This document shows, in pieces, positions 15,001 to 30,000 of a stretch of 64,000 bases of DNA; positions within the stretch are counted from its first letter, which is position 1; the number at the start of each line of letters is the position of its first letter. This DNA comes from Balanoglossus misakiensis (Eukaryota; Animalia; Hemichordata): contig CM082578.2 of assembly GCA_040954595.2 (NCBI GenBank), positions 17,936,728-18,000,727 on the forward strand. The letters run 5' to 3'. The position numbers and the translations under genes are program-made. The notes under the pieces were generated by a model. It worked only from the letters and a program-made list of their open reading frames with translations. It ran no database searches and had not been told where the DNA came from.

Positions 15001-18000
15001 AGCAGAATGGAACAGAAACACTAACTATTACTTCCTAAATCTTGCATTAGACTTGGCGTTTATGCACACATGGACCCTGGGGATTTCTAACATGACCTTT
15101 AAGTATGCAAATTTGGACGTACCGGTGATTTCATTAAGTTGATGTAGTCATCGCGAATTTTGCATTTTAAAAACTTCAAGACGACGCAGATTTGTTCGAC
15201 AGATATCCTCAGTGAACTCGGATTTAGTTTGCATCCGTATGGTCACACACATTGTCTGAGTGCGCGAGTTCGTCTTGTGGAAATGATATATAGATGTATG
15301 ACAATGTTCACGGTTGGTATTAACAGGTTCTTTTTCCCCTAGTGGGCTCGAGGAATGATCGGAGCTCAGTCTAAAAAAGATTACAGCCTATAATATTACC
15401 AGTTTTGAAATGTTGCTCCTTATTCAAATATATTTTGGCTATTAATGTTAAAACTATAAGATTTATACCAAAGAAGAAATGTTATCTATTTTTAGTCGAC
15501 ATTTGCAGATTCAAAAATGTCATGAGATGGAAAAATCTCTCTATATAGTTATTATATAGTTATTATAGGTCATATCAAAACTAACAAAACTGACGTGGTT
15601 CGTGTGAATGCGACCGACAATCCCAGAATTCTTCAGGCCTTGTAAATTTTGAGAGTTCCCGGATGAGACGTCGACATGAGATAGCGGTGCGCGTATAAAG
15701 ATCGATCAGATAAATGTTTTCGTGTCAATTCGTGTGACCTGCAGACTGACCCTCTGTGGCTTCTATCGCCCCCGGGGCTTGATTAGTTCGTTACCGTCCG
15801 CGATGACCGAAAAGTGAACAGGTCAATCGGACGCCACAGGTCTCTGCCCCCACGTGTGGTGTAACATAATAGCTGCAAAATATTAGTAATTTACAATTTT
15901 CCTGTTATTTGTTGTATCCGCTCTCTCTCTCACTCGGGTGTCTGTGTAATCGACACTAAAGCAAACCCCATTATTCTGATTATTAATTTGTCCGTGAAAA
16001 CCACTCTTTCCGGTCGTCTCTGACACACTTTATTAATTGTGAGGAGTCGCGGTGCATTATTGGAGCAGTTGCACGGGTCGCTCCTCACGCGGAGCCAATT
16101 TCCGCCGCGTTCAGCCGTTCGATAGATTGCGTTTAATGGAAATGGGCTCTAGTCGTAATAACGCACGAGCACCATTTAATTTCCCGAAGACTTTCAATTC
16201 CTCCGGGGTGTGTTGCAATAATGCCAGCCGAGCGCAACTCTGCCTCATGTGCCTGTATCACTATATCGATTTCAAATTCCGCGCGAGAGATCGTATTCTT
16301 TTTAATGGTTGGGGCTCTAATATGTTCAGCGTGTGTGTCGCCTCTTGCGTTTTAGTTGCACGTTCGATTTTATAAGAAGCTACGATGTCACGGATATTAT
16401 CAAAACAGGCCAGGCAAACGAAAGTGGTGTCAGTTCACGGATATCGGTTATTATCGCAGCAATATGGTTCTTTGCAAACCTAATTGTCAGATCAATAGAA
16501 TCGTAAACCGTGTTTGTGATCAGCATATATCATGTAACATATGTTTTTATTCATTTTACCTTCACTTGCAAACACATGAACCAAGTCAATATTGTCGCGC
16601 AAGATATAACTAATTGAAAAATAAATAAAACCGTTTTGAGTTGAATTTTTGGTCAAGGAAACATGATGTAATGCGACAAAATGGGTAATAATTAAAATAA
16701 TCAATTTCACAAATACTGGCCAAAAATTGTTTGCCCTGGCATGTGAATCGCAAAGCGTACAAATCATGCAAATAGCGGTATCTAAAATTTTGATCAAATC
16801 GAGCGCTCCACATCTAAGCCGTGTTATTAACCTGAGTCATGACCTTCCATTAGAAGACGAAATTTTCGATCGCTTTGAATTGAAACAGTTTGACGTGTCA
16901 GTCATGACTTTGAACGTGGACATGTAATGGAGACAGAGTATGCGAACCCTTTTGGGGGCAAGAGTATCGTGAACAGTTGATTAAAATGTGACAAACATTC
17001 CGTAAACTGAACTAGTCGGTAGTTTCATAGCAGTCTCGAAACACTAACGTGTGTTTCACTGGAATAGGTTTTGTCCAATCACGGTCACTCCACCACATTC
17101 TAAAATAGAAGGTCATCCCCTTTGGAGAAAGTTTAACAAAAAGACCAGAGAAAATAAAAGTTACAATAGCTGTTATCTTTTCGTGAATAGCGGTCTCATT
17201 TCGCCGTTCTAGTCACTGGAGCACGGAGAATGATCCCCTATACCCGAACTGATTGTAAACGCAGTCCAATAATAGTTTCTATGCATGTGTATACGTTCAT
17301 AGTACAAGTCGAGTCATCACTGACTGAAACTTCGAATTCAAACTGGAAGAGAGAGTAAAATAGGTTTAAGAAGTTCTCGGACAATTGACATTTTGCAAAA
17401 CAGTACCGTATATATGTTTCTGGTTTAGTTCCGTTGTTCTGTAGTCCTGGGTGGCCGTGATCGGCTACAACGAATGTAGGCCTACGACCGTTACAAATAT
17501 CTAGGCACTGGTCGAATATTAATGCATGGAATGTGATTAGATTTTGTTTATTATACCCGTCATTCCGAACATTCGTAGCATATTAAAAAGTTAAAGCACT
17601 TATTTTAATGTTATTCGTGAATTTCTAATAACTTGAAATTTATTTTTGAAGATATCCTATTCTCGCATGTACATTGGGTATTAACATAAAGGATTCAACC
17701 ACTCACTGGGAGTGATTATAGAGTATTATTATCCCATTGGCGGTTTATATGACGGATGACCGAGTCCATTGACAAACAGCGCTATGGAGCAATGTTTTCA
17801 AGTCTATTTTGACCACTCGATGTGTTTTCTTTGCCTTTTATTGTGAAAACACCCTCGCTTTATCGTATAGGGGTTATTAGTTCAGGATTGCTTGCATTCA
17901 GCGAGAGAGTCTGAAAAATTCATGGCGATTTGCCAGTGTCAGCTGTGCAGTTAATATTACGTTTGACTGTTAAAATCGGACATTGCCATATCTTTTTCGG

Positions 18001-21000
18001 CTGTTGAACGCTGGTTGGTGGTGATCATTTACCAGGAGGATGGTGGTCACGTTGTCTTAACACGCTCGGGACAACACAACGATATTATTTCATGATCACG
18101 GTGACCTTATTTCAAAGGTAGGACGATTTTTATCTCGGTACAACATTGAACAGTGGGGTTTCCACTGTCTTCTCCGAGGCTAATTATCCAAACTCCCCGT
18201 AAGAATACCATTGAACGTGAAATGAAACAAAGTATAACCGTAGACGGTTCATTACTCGAGTCCAGGCGGTTCCCACGAAGGGCGTGCAGTCGGAGAAAAC
18301 TCGATTACTAGTCCGCCATTCATTCTATTGAATTGTTACTCAGTATCTTGGGTTCTTTATTCAGATGCTACATGGGTCGGAATTCGGAATGTCACTCTTT
18401 ATTTCACAAGGAGCGCGTTTTCTTTGTGACGCTAGAACTCGACTGGCTGTCGTCTACTCGATAACGAAGCTTATAACGGAGTGAAGCTCTTTCGATTTTA
18501 ACAAAGTCAGTGGATTCTCTGAGTCCTTGATTTGAAATCCAAAGTTTCGTCTCTTCAAAATGCACACTTTTATGACAAGATTCCCATTGTACGACGGTGT
18601 TGTCAACAGTGCTTAAGTGAACCCTTTAACAAAGAGTTTCCATGGATGCTCTACTCAACTGGATCCAACTATCGCACCATGGAAACGGTAATATCGTTAT
18701 TTTGAAATGTAACTTGTGAAGTTATTTCGATACTGTCAACATCGCGTGCCGAAGAATTCTTGTCTGTTGAGATCATTCGTATCTCGCACAGTCGCTGGTC
18801 TTGGAGATGGGAGATAACATGACGTCGAGGTTCCTTATATAGCAAATTGGATCACCGATATGCCTCTCTGTTTTCTTTTACACGTGCCATCGCAAACGTA
18901 GAACTATTGCATGCCTTCAAGCCTGGATGAAACCACACTCTGGTATGGCTCAGATCCAGCCAGACATGGAGCTATGACAGAAAGATAGTATTGACCATGT
19001 TTGCTGACGTGTACCACCTCGTCCAAAAAACAACAATTTACAAGACTGGAAATATTTGGGGATAATTTCATTTTCTTAAATGTTATGAATTGTGGACAAA
19101 ATCTCTAAAATTGCTTATTAACATAAGTAATTTCATACATTTTCTACACGATTTTGCTCACAACTTTTCCATACATTTAAATGATGTGAATATTGACAAA
19201 TATTTTTTGATTGCTTAATTACATAATGGCATAATTTTGGGACGGATTAATTTATCAGACAGCTTGAACAAAAGAAATGAATTTTGTCTTTAACAACAAG
19301 ACGGCAGTTGTGACTTTGAATGATGTATGATGTCATACCAGCAAAATACCAGGATGAAGGGTCACTCAAGGGTCATGAAAGCGGCCTATGTGGTCGGATA
19401 ACATTTGGTATCTGCGAGCGGTTAAAATTCAGCGGACTTTTACACGATGCGTGAAATCGTGATAGAGAAAACTACGATATTTTTAGATCAAACAGTTCAT
19501 GTTATTTTCTACCGTTGAAGAATTTTCGAAAGCTTTCATGCATTGCTTGATATCATATGGACCGCTCATCTTCGCAGATTGTCACTAATTGGCATAATAT
19601 ATGTCCTATGAAGATGCAGTTCCGGTAAGAAACTGAAACTATCCCATCTAAATGAAGTAATTCAATTAAACTGGGGTATTCAATCATCCACGAAAATCGA
19701 GCCACCATTAGAACACGAGGGCAACTGATCAGTCTCACTTTACATTCATTACAATGATGATTTTATTTGCAAGCAAAACTAGATCTTCTGTTTTGCAGCG
19801 AGCTCGGCGCCATCACAACTGGCCCCCAGACTCTGTTTCTCCGCGCATAATTTGCTCTTCGTCACGTGAGCAGAGAGGTTTTTATGTGCGTTATCATGTA
19901 CCGTCGATCACACACCGTTTGGAGAAGAGACAGCACGACTTTTCCCTAGATTCAGATAAGTGCTGGTGTGTTTTTCTGGAGAAGGCACAGATTATCCGAC
20001 AGTGAGTTCCGGCGTGATTTTGCGATTTTGCGTCTCCAGGCAACGCTGTCACTCACCTTCTTGAGTCATGGCACTAACCTGTCGAACCGAAGGTGAACAA
20101 TCAGGAGCGCCCGGGTCGTGATATTTTCTGATAATTTATGGGCCGAGCATTTCTCGTTTTTTATTGTTGGATAAACACGACTCTTAACGTCAGCTGAATG
20201 TGATACAGCCAGCACTGTCGCTGTCGGTTCGCAATATTGCACGGGTCGGCGGAGCGCTGTCACATTCAATGCTGATACGGAGAGGTGAACCAAAAGCCTG
20301 TTCACGTGTGAGAAACTGTTTCTGGAACGAGAGCCACTTTGAAACAAGTTTCCCCGTGAGTGCACTTTGGGAAATCCTGTGAAGTGTCGAATACTGAGTT
20401 AGTACAAGTATACACCTGGTAATCTCGGTAATTTTTGCCCAGGAGACCCAGGATATGGTGCGAAGAGACGCCGAGCATGGGGAAAACTAGTAAGTAACGG
20501 TCTTGTTGAAGGACGCTTAAACTCCTTTGAGGTTCTATGGATTCACATAGGTATTTTGTTCCTGAATTGCATTCCTGTTGTCTTGCACAAACCAACGGCC
20601 ACTCCACATAGTGTGGCGCGATCGACGCACCTTGTCTAAAACTCAATGTCCTTGCAGGTCAAATTATATACGGATCTGTCATGTAAGTTCCTAACACCCA
20701 CTTGGGTGAATTGTTATCGCTAGATCAACACAGCTATGATCACAACAAGCGAGAAAACAAACCGAGGACAATATAACAGACACATTTCCATCTCTGCGAT
20801 CTCAAAGAATGTAATATCAGCTGTGCCGCGAGCACCTGCAGTAAAAGTATGACAGAGGTATGCATCGTGTACAAAGGTTGTATTTTTCTTGCTCGCTCAC
20901 TCAGACAGTAACTTTTTCTGACCCCTAGACTCAGTTTGAAGCAGACAATGTTTAAGAATGCTAACACGTTAGGTTTTCACCTTTTTTGCGCGGCGTCAAT

Positions 21001-24000
21001 AAACATTCCAACGATATCACGCACATGCTCTCAACTAACACTTGACTTGGGTCGAACACGTCATGGCAAACGTCACTTAACCTCTTAAGTGAGCACGTGT
21101 AGTGTCCTGACGTAATTGGCGGGATCATTTGTGGCAGATCCGCACTTATTGACCCCGAGTTTTTCAGAGTGGAACCATCGACGATCAAACAAACAAACAA
21201 TTGTATTTATAACATTTACGCCCATATTGAAGCAACGTAGCGCCAGGCGTTTGTGCATTCAACGAATCAAACGTATACTGCTGCCGAAGTTCCATCGAAT
21301 TTCTGTCGGTTGAACATAGACGATTGCCCCGTGGCTGAAGTCTACCCTGCCTTATTTATAGAGGTCAGTCACTATGGGTGAAAATCGCACGGCTGTATTA
21401 GAATCTGAATAGCGACGGGGCCGACAGGTGCTGCAAGAATGTTGGTCGGCTATTCAAGCATAAAGGATCCTCTATTAACACACTTCCCATTTTGGCGATA
21501 CAAGTATGTAATGCTAGTACAATCCATATACTGTGTATACAGTAGTTTTATTTATGCGCGTTTGTAATGACAAAAAAGTGAAATGTGCTCTGACTTGTAG
21601 AGTCTCACAGTGTCCCTCAAGACAGACGAAGCGCGGTTCATTTAGTCCTACTACACAATACTGATCGGGTTGAATTCAATTCAACCAATCAAGAGGAATT
21701 ACATGTAGAGACACTGATGAAAGTAACAAGATCCGTGCGTGAAAGTTGCCATGGCGATTGTGGAAGTCAAGTTCTTCCTCCACTCAGACGAGACGGGAGG
21801 AAGGACTGGACCCAACCATGCATCTGAGCACAGTCCCTCATGTAGTAGAGGGACTGTGATCTGAGCATGCGTTCACACGACATTGTCAACAGCACGCCCC
21901 TTTCACTGTGCAATGTGCTCTATGCCAAGACGACATATGTTCACACGATAAGATTCATCGTTACCTTGTGACATGAAATACAACAATTTGATTAGATGAA
22001 CTATTGACACAGAGGTTGACTTTAGTTTGAATGCAGGGCATGCGCGAGCAATATAATCAGCATTCTGTTGTTCTGCTGCAGTCCAATGGTCTTACTTGAC
22101 TCTTATAATCGCGCGTTTGAGCGTTTCAATATTTAATCTTTTCAAAACCAGTTGAACGGACTCTTGAAAGAAATGGTGTTAGTGAATGTGATAATGACAG
22201 GTGAATGTTGATTTTTAATAATCGACCCATAAACGGAAAGGATATCACATTCGTTGCAATGAAACTCTGGCTGCATTTACACAAACTACAGAAGGAACCA
22301 TTTACCATAGAAACATCGCATTCATTTAGCATAAACCCACTGGCAAAATAAATTTTATATTGTTTGTATACGATAAGCTTCAGATAATGGCGCGCCTGTA
22401 ATGGCGGAGAATGAAATATACAAAGACGGGACTACTTTTCAAGATTAGTTGCGTATTGAACTTCTATCACAAACAAAGAAATCTCTCTTGATGTAAGATT
22501 ATTCGAGCAATCAATTATTGATTATCGCAGAGGAAACCTTCCTGATAAAAGACTTGAATTAAACTTGCACACGCTAGAAAGATGACATTTACCTGTTAAT
22601 GTCACATGGTATTGAAGGCAGTGCTTTGAGACAGTTTTTTTCGATTGGACTAAGTAATCGGTGACAAACACTGGAAATCATTAGCAAATGTGTTTGATGG
22701 CATCAAAGAGCTCCGCATATTGTGCTTTCAATGGCTGCTTTTTGTAAGTCATATATATTGATAATGTTTATGATATCAATCAGTTTGTTATCAAACAGGG
22801 AGTGGAATAAAGCCATGAATCTCTCCCCCCCCCCTCATTTCCTGGAAGTAGTCGCTCCTTATCTCGCGAGATTTTTGGGGGACATGAAATCCACTGTTTT
22901 AATATTTGCTCGAGGCAGTAACGTACGGAAAGCGAACGTGAAGGACTAATCAACCTGCAGAAGTGCCTGATTTCTCAATCCTATATTTTGTTGGAAAGGT
23001 CTTTTCCCCCATGTTTCCGTTTCAGCACAATGTCAAGATATGACCAATTGGTCATCGTGGCCCTGAGCTATCTACTTTCATATGAACCTCATCAGGGGGT
23101 AAATAAGTGCGTTTATTTTTCAAGGACCTTTCACTTCGGATCGCACTGTGGGAAATCTAATTTATCAAAGTGCATATTCATGTTTCATGCACTACACTGA
23201 TATCAATGTACACGCAGAGTGACGGTCAGGTAGTTTTTACAATTAATTAATCCGCGCATAAAAGGTCGGCATATTACTGTAACTGAGAGCGGAAAACCGC
23301 CAAATTTAGGAATAATTGGTATTTAAAGAGTTTCTGCTTAACGCCAAACGAATATAATCCCCCAGTCACGTGATTGGCTTTGAGATTACTTTTCCAAATT
23401 TGCAATAACAATCACTGTTGTGTATACACGTGCACATAATCAGTTCACATCTGGAGACAGAAGTTGATGAGACTGCGCGTTGGCTCTTTTGATTTGGATT
23501 GTAACGTTTAGATCTGCTGCTGTACATATCAATTTGGCTCTTCTACTATCGTCAAATATTTCTCAATCAAATTATCGAAATGATAGAATTGAATAACTCA
23601 ATTATCCGACAGCGCTGAAATTGGCACAATTGTCAGCTTGTGGTGGAATATCTTAAGTGCTTGAAAGCTATTTTGAATGCACTGATCAGAAGCGAGGATT
23701 TATTAAATGAACAGACAGATTGAAATGAAGTCATTGTGCCAACGCAATCCAGTCAGCTACATGATTTCTACTTTGGCATCCGTGCGAAATTATTTGAAAA
23801 TACCTCTTTCGGTACAAAGTTTGTTTAAACACATGAAATTCTTATCTTAATATATAGCTGTATCTATGTCAAACAGTGTATGTTGCATATACGTTGCGAA
23901 ATGCAATGATACGAATTGCTTCACGTCAGTGGAGCCGTATATAATTGCCACGCTGCAAGTTGTACTTATCAGTCGAAGGTAAAATTGATAGTTGCCGTCT

Positions 24001-27000
24001 GTCGGGGATAGCTATGCGCACAGAAAACACAATTCGTGGAACGTGACGTATACTCCTTCCTTCTCCCATGCTTGTATTACCGAATGATAGACAACGGTTT
24101 GCAGTCGGGACATCGTTACGTATGCATGATGGTCTGCGTCAAATTTATCAGGATTTGATTACTGGATTTCAATCCGCTGCCACCGACGTATCACGTGATT
24201 ACAACAAATACAGTATTCATCAAACCCATCGTGAATCCTTAAAATTCACAGACATAATTAAGAGCGTTAAACCATTGCGTTTCAGCGGCACCCGAAGGAC
24301 CACTACAAACATTTACAGTCCTTAAATTTTTAACTCTAACGTTTTGTATTACTCGCCCCGTGTTCGACCGATGTAGTCTGGGAGATAATTTTACCGTGTG
24401 TTGTCATGGTGACAGTCGTGATATTGCCGTTCTTGTATAAACACAGACAGAATCGTTTTCAGTATGGGTGTAATGTAAAGGAACGAGCTCGTTGAAAGAA
24501 ATCCTGAAGTAAATGTTAGATATTGCCCTGCTGAATAAAAAATAATTTAATCAGAGGTTTCCCTGTACATTTAGCGTTTAATGTTTCGCCACTCAGCGTC
24601 CATTAACACAGGTTTAAGTTTCGCTCCCCTGTCATTTCCTCTGCACTGTGTCGGGTTTATTCACCCAATCTGTTCCTCTGTCTTGAATCACAGATTTGTT
24701 GAAAGGCTCTTAAAATTTGTCTAGTTAGATTGCGTATGGGAATCAAAGCATTTTATTGTCAGCATTGTTGTGACGGTGAAAAACAAAATTTGAAAGGCGA
24801 ATTGCAGCGTATGGGACGTAATGGGAGAAATTTGTCTTATTCGCTTGTCTGTAAATTTAAAGCACCCAAAATAAGACAGATCGCACAACTTTTATTACTG
24901 ACATAAGTCACAGTGCCTTGTGTTATTGGACTGTTTTAGCCAGCTGCAATGCATAATTGATTATTACTTTGTGGCCATGGTAACGCTCCCTTTGGCCGAC
25001 ACTTGCCAATGATTAACGAAGACGAGTTGAAATTTAGTGTACCCTTGATTATTTATAATTACACGTGAAATTGCGGTTTGTAGTGTGAAATTCATATTAC
25101 TTGGCACTTGTACGTGAGACTAGACTCTCACATCTGGTTGGCGTTTACTAATGCATGTGATATTCATGAATTTGGTCGTAGTGTCCCTCTCGAACCTTTT
25201 GTGTGTGCCCTCAACGGCGGAGCAAACAATATTGGCAATGCTCTCCTGGCAAAGCGAAATGGTCGGGTCTCGCTGAGCTCAACGTTTGTAGCAAAGGGAT
25301 ATCGCAAAATCTAGACCAACCCCTGTCAGAAGTTCTTATTAAAAGTGATGTACTTTCCTCCCTCAGAGCACCGTGGGGAAATGTATCGGTATCGCATGGG
25401 CAGCGATTGTGTTGATTTTACCAAAGACCTTTTGAACATTGTCGTTCTCGCTTAATTGTGTTTAGCGCCTTCAAGTTTCAGTTGCCCTGTTAACTTGAAC
25501 CCTTCCGCACAAAATATCGTGCACACAGTCTGGCGTTTATACCAAGAAGTATTAATCGCAGTTACTCACATGTGATCCAGGCGTCTGTTTTGTTCACGCT
25601 TCTCGTTCGTAATTCAAGGCTGACTTCTATTTTCTTTGCCATTCACACTTTTCTTCTGCCTCATCACTCTCTGCTGGAAATTACATAAAACATGCAAATG
25701 TCAGCTGCCTTTCATTTATCGCCTGTAGATATCTCTCCCCCCCCCCCCCGATTCTGTTCTTGTTGCGGTTCAAACGGAGGAGCTTACTATACAGCCCTGA
25801 ACGCATGGCAGCAACTGGATATGGCTATCCGATTTCTGTACGTTCCCCCAGGTTTGATGTTTGTCTTAAAACCCCTTCAAAGACGTGTTGACTTTCTCTC
25901 CGACGCATTTGGTTCGACCTGGACGAGATCCCCCGTCCGAGGAAGACGATTATCGGCCCAAGGGTGTGACTAAATATGACTTGACGACTGAGCCTGTACG
26001 GAGGGTGCGTGCGCTGCGAGCAGTTGAAAGTGAAACTGCATAGAGGACATTACCAAATATTTGACCTGCAGAAGCAATGCATGCAACAGGGTTCGTGTTA
26101 CTAAATATAATAGATTTTCCTTCTCGGATATCTCCGCAACCCGTTTATTCCCAGTTCGTTTCAATGGGAATAATCACAATTTTACTCATTTGCATTTTAT
26201 TTCCATGCCGTATGCTAGAAACTTGACGAATGTCATTGAACTTGACTGATATGGTAATGTGGCGTTATCTATAGACGGCAGCCAGACTAGGGCGTTATTT
26301 GACAACCACCTGTTAAAGCGTCTGAGTATTTGCGGGAGTGATTGACTGGCACCGAGTCCCATTTTCTGGATTGTACGTAATACCAGTGGCAATAAGGAAG
26401 TATTGAATTACTCAATAGTGAGACGAAGCGATTAGTGTCCGGCAACACAATTGCGGTTACATGGCCTGCATTGTAATTCAACCGACCACATTTTAACGTG
26501 AGCCTGTCGAATCTGATTAAGTGTCTGGATGGGTTGTGAATCAGTTGGCGGAAGGATGCAAATTTTCAAGTTAGGGGAGAAGCTTCCGTCTTTTTTATTG
26601 GCACATCGCTTCAACGAACGCTTTCAGTTGCAAATTGTTGACACGAACTGCCACGCTGGCATATTTTGACGTTTGGGCGGCCATCTCAGTGTAGACGCCA
26701 CTAACTCGCTCACCGAGAGTCTATGGCCGCAACCAGCCAAGCTGAACCCTAGGATAAAGGACTTCAACTTTCTTGCCGAAAATCGATAGCCATTTGACAA
26801 ATCTCTCCACTCCATTCCCGGATAATCAGATTGTAGTGGGGCTTATTCTTGCCTTTACTGTCAATCACTCTTACATTTTAGACTGCACAACTCATGATAT
26901 AATGCGTGGCTTTACTCTTCATTTGATAACAACGCATTTGTGTATACCACCAATGTCGATAACCTGTGTGCAGTGACCGTTATGACACACTCAAAGAATG

Positions 27001-30000
27001 TAGAACCTTCAGTTACATCATGAAAGTATACAAGATGATGTTATTTTCCCCTAAAATTGTCATGACCAGTCAAAACAAATAATCCCAGTGTGATTTTCTT
27101 GTCCCAATTCTCCGTTCCCCTTCTCTATATGATTAACGTATCTGCACTGCTTGCTCTACATGCTACATTTTGCTAAATGTTTGTCGTACCTGCGAAGAAA
27201 TGGTTCGACCCACCATAATGAATAAATCGACTCAACTCATCTGATCCATGTCAGTGTCGGCAGAACTACACTAACTACAATTGATTTTTTTACCGCGCAC
27301 ATCGTGTATACTGTTCCGTCTTGTTCCAAGTCGCTTATCCAAACGCATCTGGGGTTTGTCTTGTTGGCTAAGTACATAACTACTCTAATCGGGGACAAAT
27401 TCGTCATCGCGGTACGTGACCACCGTTTGTTCATTTTTCCCCACGCCAGCTTCAACCAAGTTATGCAGTTTTTCGCACGCTCGGTTGCAGCTGGTGATTG
27501 TCGGATTAAGTCCGGCTTTTGAACCTGCAGTCTGTTATTTCAGATGACAACTCAATACAGGCACTGAAGAGGATGAACGCCCATAATTCTTCCGACATCT
27601 CCATGACTCGCACCAGTGACATTCCCCGCGTACGCATACGTGGCTGGTGCCTTCTGTTCAACACGCTGTTATGCCTTATGGACAGTCAATTAACTTGTTA
27701 TGTTTCGAGAATAGTAGGGAAAAGATCACGATAACATCATTCCATTTACCTTGACAAATGCAGCGATTCGCGCACGCAGACGGGGGGGGGGGGGGGCATA
27801 CCGTCATTCTCTTTCACAAAGAATCATTTTGCGGGTTTCTCGCGAGACATCATGATCAGTTTGTCGTCATGCACCCAGACAGCTGTTTTGGTATTTCAAA
27901 CCCGCAAAAACCCGTTGCAAGCTGAAGTACAAACCGGGTCAGAGTTGTTGTCTCCTCAATGTACTGTCATCGGAGACATGATTCAGACGTGTCTCATTGA
28001 CACTGTTTAACTTCAATTATCACATACGGTCGTGTGTCACCAGAATAGCACGCCTACACTTCGTGCCTGTAAGAAGTTTTAACTCTGTCTTCTTTCTCTC
28101 TCTCTCTCGCCCCGGTTTAGATTCCAGCCATTTGAAACAAGTGGCGCCATGCTCAATCAACACTCCACGTAGCAGGACACCGATAAACTATCAAGACCTC
28201 AAGGAACTCGAAGATCAGGTGCAAAGCATGTCGGTCGACAACAACAACGACTCCAAAGACCTGCCCAAGATGTCCTATCGAGGGAGAGGAATCAAGTTGT
28301 CGTCTGATAGTGCCATTGCCATGGAAACGGAAGACTCGGACTATTCCCCGCCCGAAGTTATAGACGTTGATAGTTATTACGCCAGGAGCGGTGTTGGCAA
28401 GAAAAAGAACGGAGCGACTCAAGGAGACATCCGTGACAAATCTAGTTCCAGGAACCGATCCCAGAAAATCCCTTCGAATCTCGCGAGGAATAATGTGAAA
28501 GACACCGAGACGAAAAAGGGTGAGAAATACGCCGCGTCTCTCTTTCAGAAACTGGATATTGTTGGGGATACGAGTGAGCACCGGTTCCCTTGGCAACGCG
28601 ACGTTCCCACCCAATGCGACGCGATCGAGGTGCGGAGCCAGTGTACGCAAACGTCTCAGGCACCGCTCGTGGAAATCTGCGAGAAGTGCCGGGCAAGGAG
28701 ACACTGCAATGACGGCTACGCATCATCCAGATCACCGTCGCCGAAATCCGTTCTACCGAACAAGCTTCCCATGGAAAACGGAATCAGTTTCAGGAACCCG
28801 GCGACTGTCAAAGTTCAAGCCGTGAGACCACAGGTATCGGGATCGATTCCCGAAGATAACTCGAGAGCGAATTCGCTGAAAGTAGCGGAGCGAAACGCCG
28901 AGCAGACGACAACAAGCTCGAAAGCCAGCGCTTCTCGTACTTTCTCAGAATCCTCTATAAACAATCGATTTCGGGATATGTACTTCCGTCACATCCAACC
29001 GGGACAATCCACAAAATCGGGCGAACGACGTCAGACCAACCCATCCGATAATCTCAGTCACGAATACCCTGACGCAACATTTCGCCGTTCGCAAACTCAA
29101 AGACCCAGATTACGCACTGCCGAAAGCGTGGACTTGCCTATACAGAGTACGCACGCGCAAACACTTGAATACCGGTCTTCTCCATCGCCTCCCGTATCAC
29201 CGGCCGATTGGGTAAGTTTATCATTTCGTTGAATATATGACAAGGCGATAAAATCACAGAACTTGTTCAGACAATGTTTCAGCCGATAGCAGTTCATATA
29301 TTATTTATGCATTATTTATTGCTCTGCAAGGCCACTCTCTTGAAACAAAAAATATAGAGAGGAATAGATGAACAAAAGTTGAAATGAATCGTACTGATCA
29401 CCAGTAATAATTTGTAAACGTGTCAGAAAAACATGTACATCGTGTGAGTTTTTTAGGACGCGGTGCAAAGGAGCCAACACCACATGGTTGCATGGCACTA
29501 CATGAGCCAGCGCTAGTTTATCGCTGCAGCAAGGTACCCATATATGCCACCACGCACAGTGAATACCAGCAACATTTGCATGTCAGGTAAACGTATACTC
29601 CCAGCGAGGTCAGTAATAAAACAAACCGTCCCGGCATGGCAATCTCCGTTGCGCCCAACGTTCTAAATTCGACTGCGTTTATTTCGGGAAAAATGGGTCA
29701 CGTAACACGTTTTTGCTGGAAAAGGGATAATGCATTGAACTGTCTCATTCGAGAGGCCATTTTTGTCAGTCCTCTTTCTAAAACACGGTGCTCTGCCAAT
29801 ATCGCTGCTACAATTTTTGTTGCCATGGTGAGTATGAGTATAAGTTCCAACTGTACACACATTTTCAAGAATGTACCATTATTTGAATCGTCCATCTTTG
29901 TCACTTAATGTCTGTTCTGTCCTCTATGCCAAGAAACATACTATAACGACGTTTCATTTTCCTTCGGTGTTATGAGAAGTAGATTATAACGTTAAACAGC

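Noticed and set aside
27544-27639. Possible 96-nt cassette exon (DNSIQALKRMNAH...) before RhoGEF exon 2
   Set aside because: The acceptor is plausible, but the only in-phase donor (GTGGCT) is weak and the exon is not needed for frame.
28153-28825. Overlapping antisense and alternative-frame ORFs (183, 97 and 101 aa)
   Set aside because: Shadows of GC-rich coding exon 2, with no recognisable motifs.
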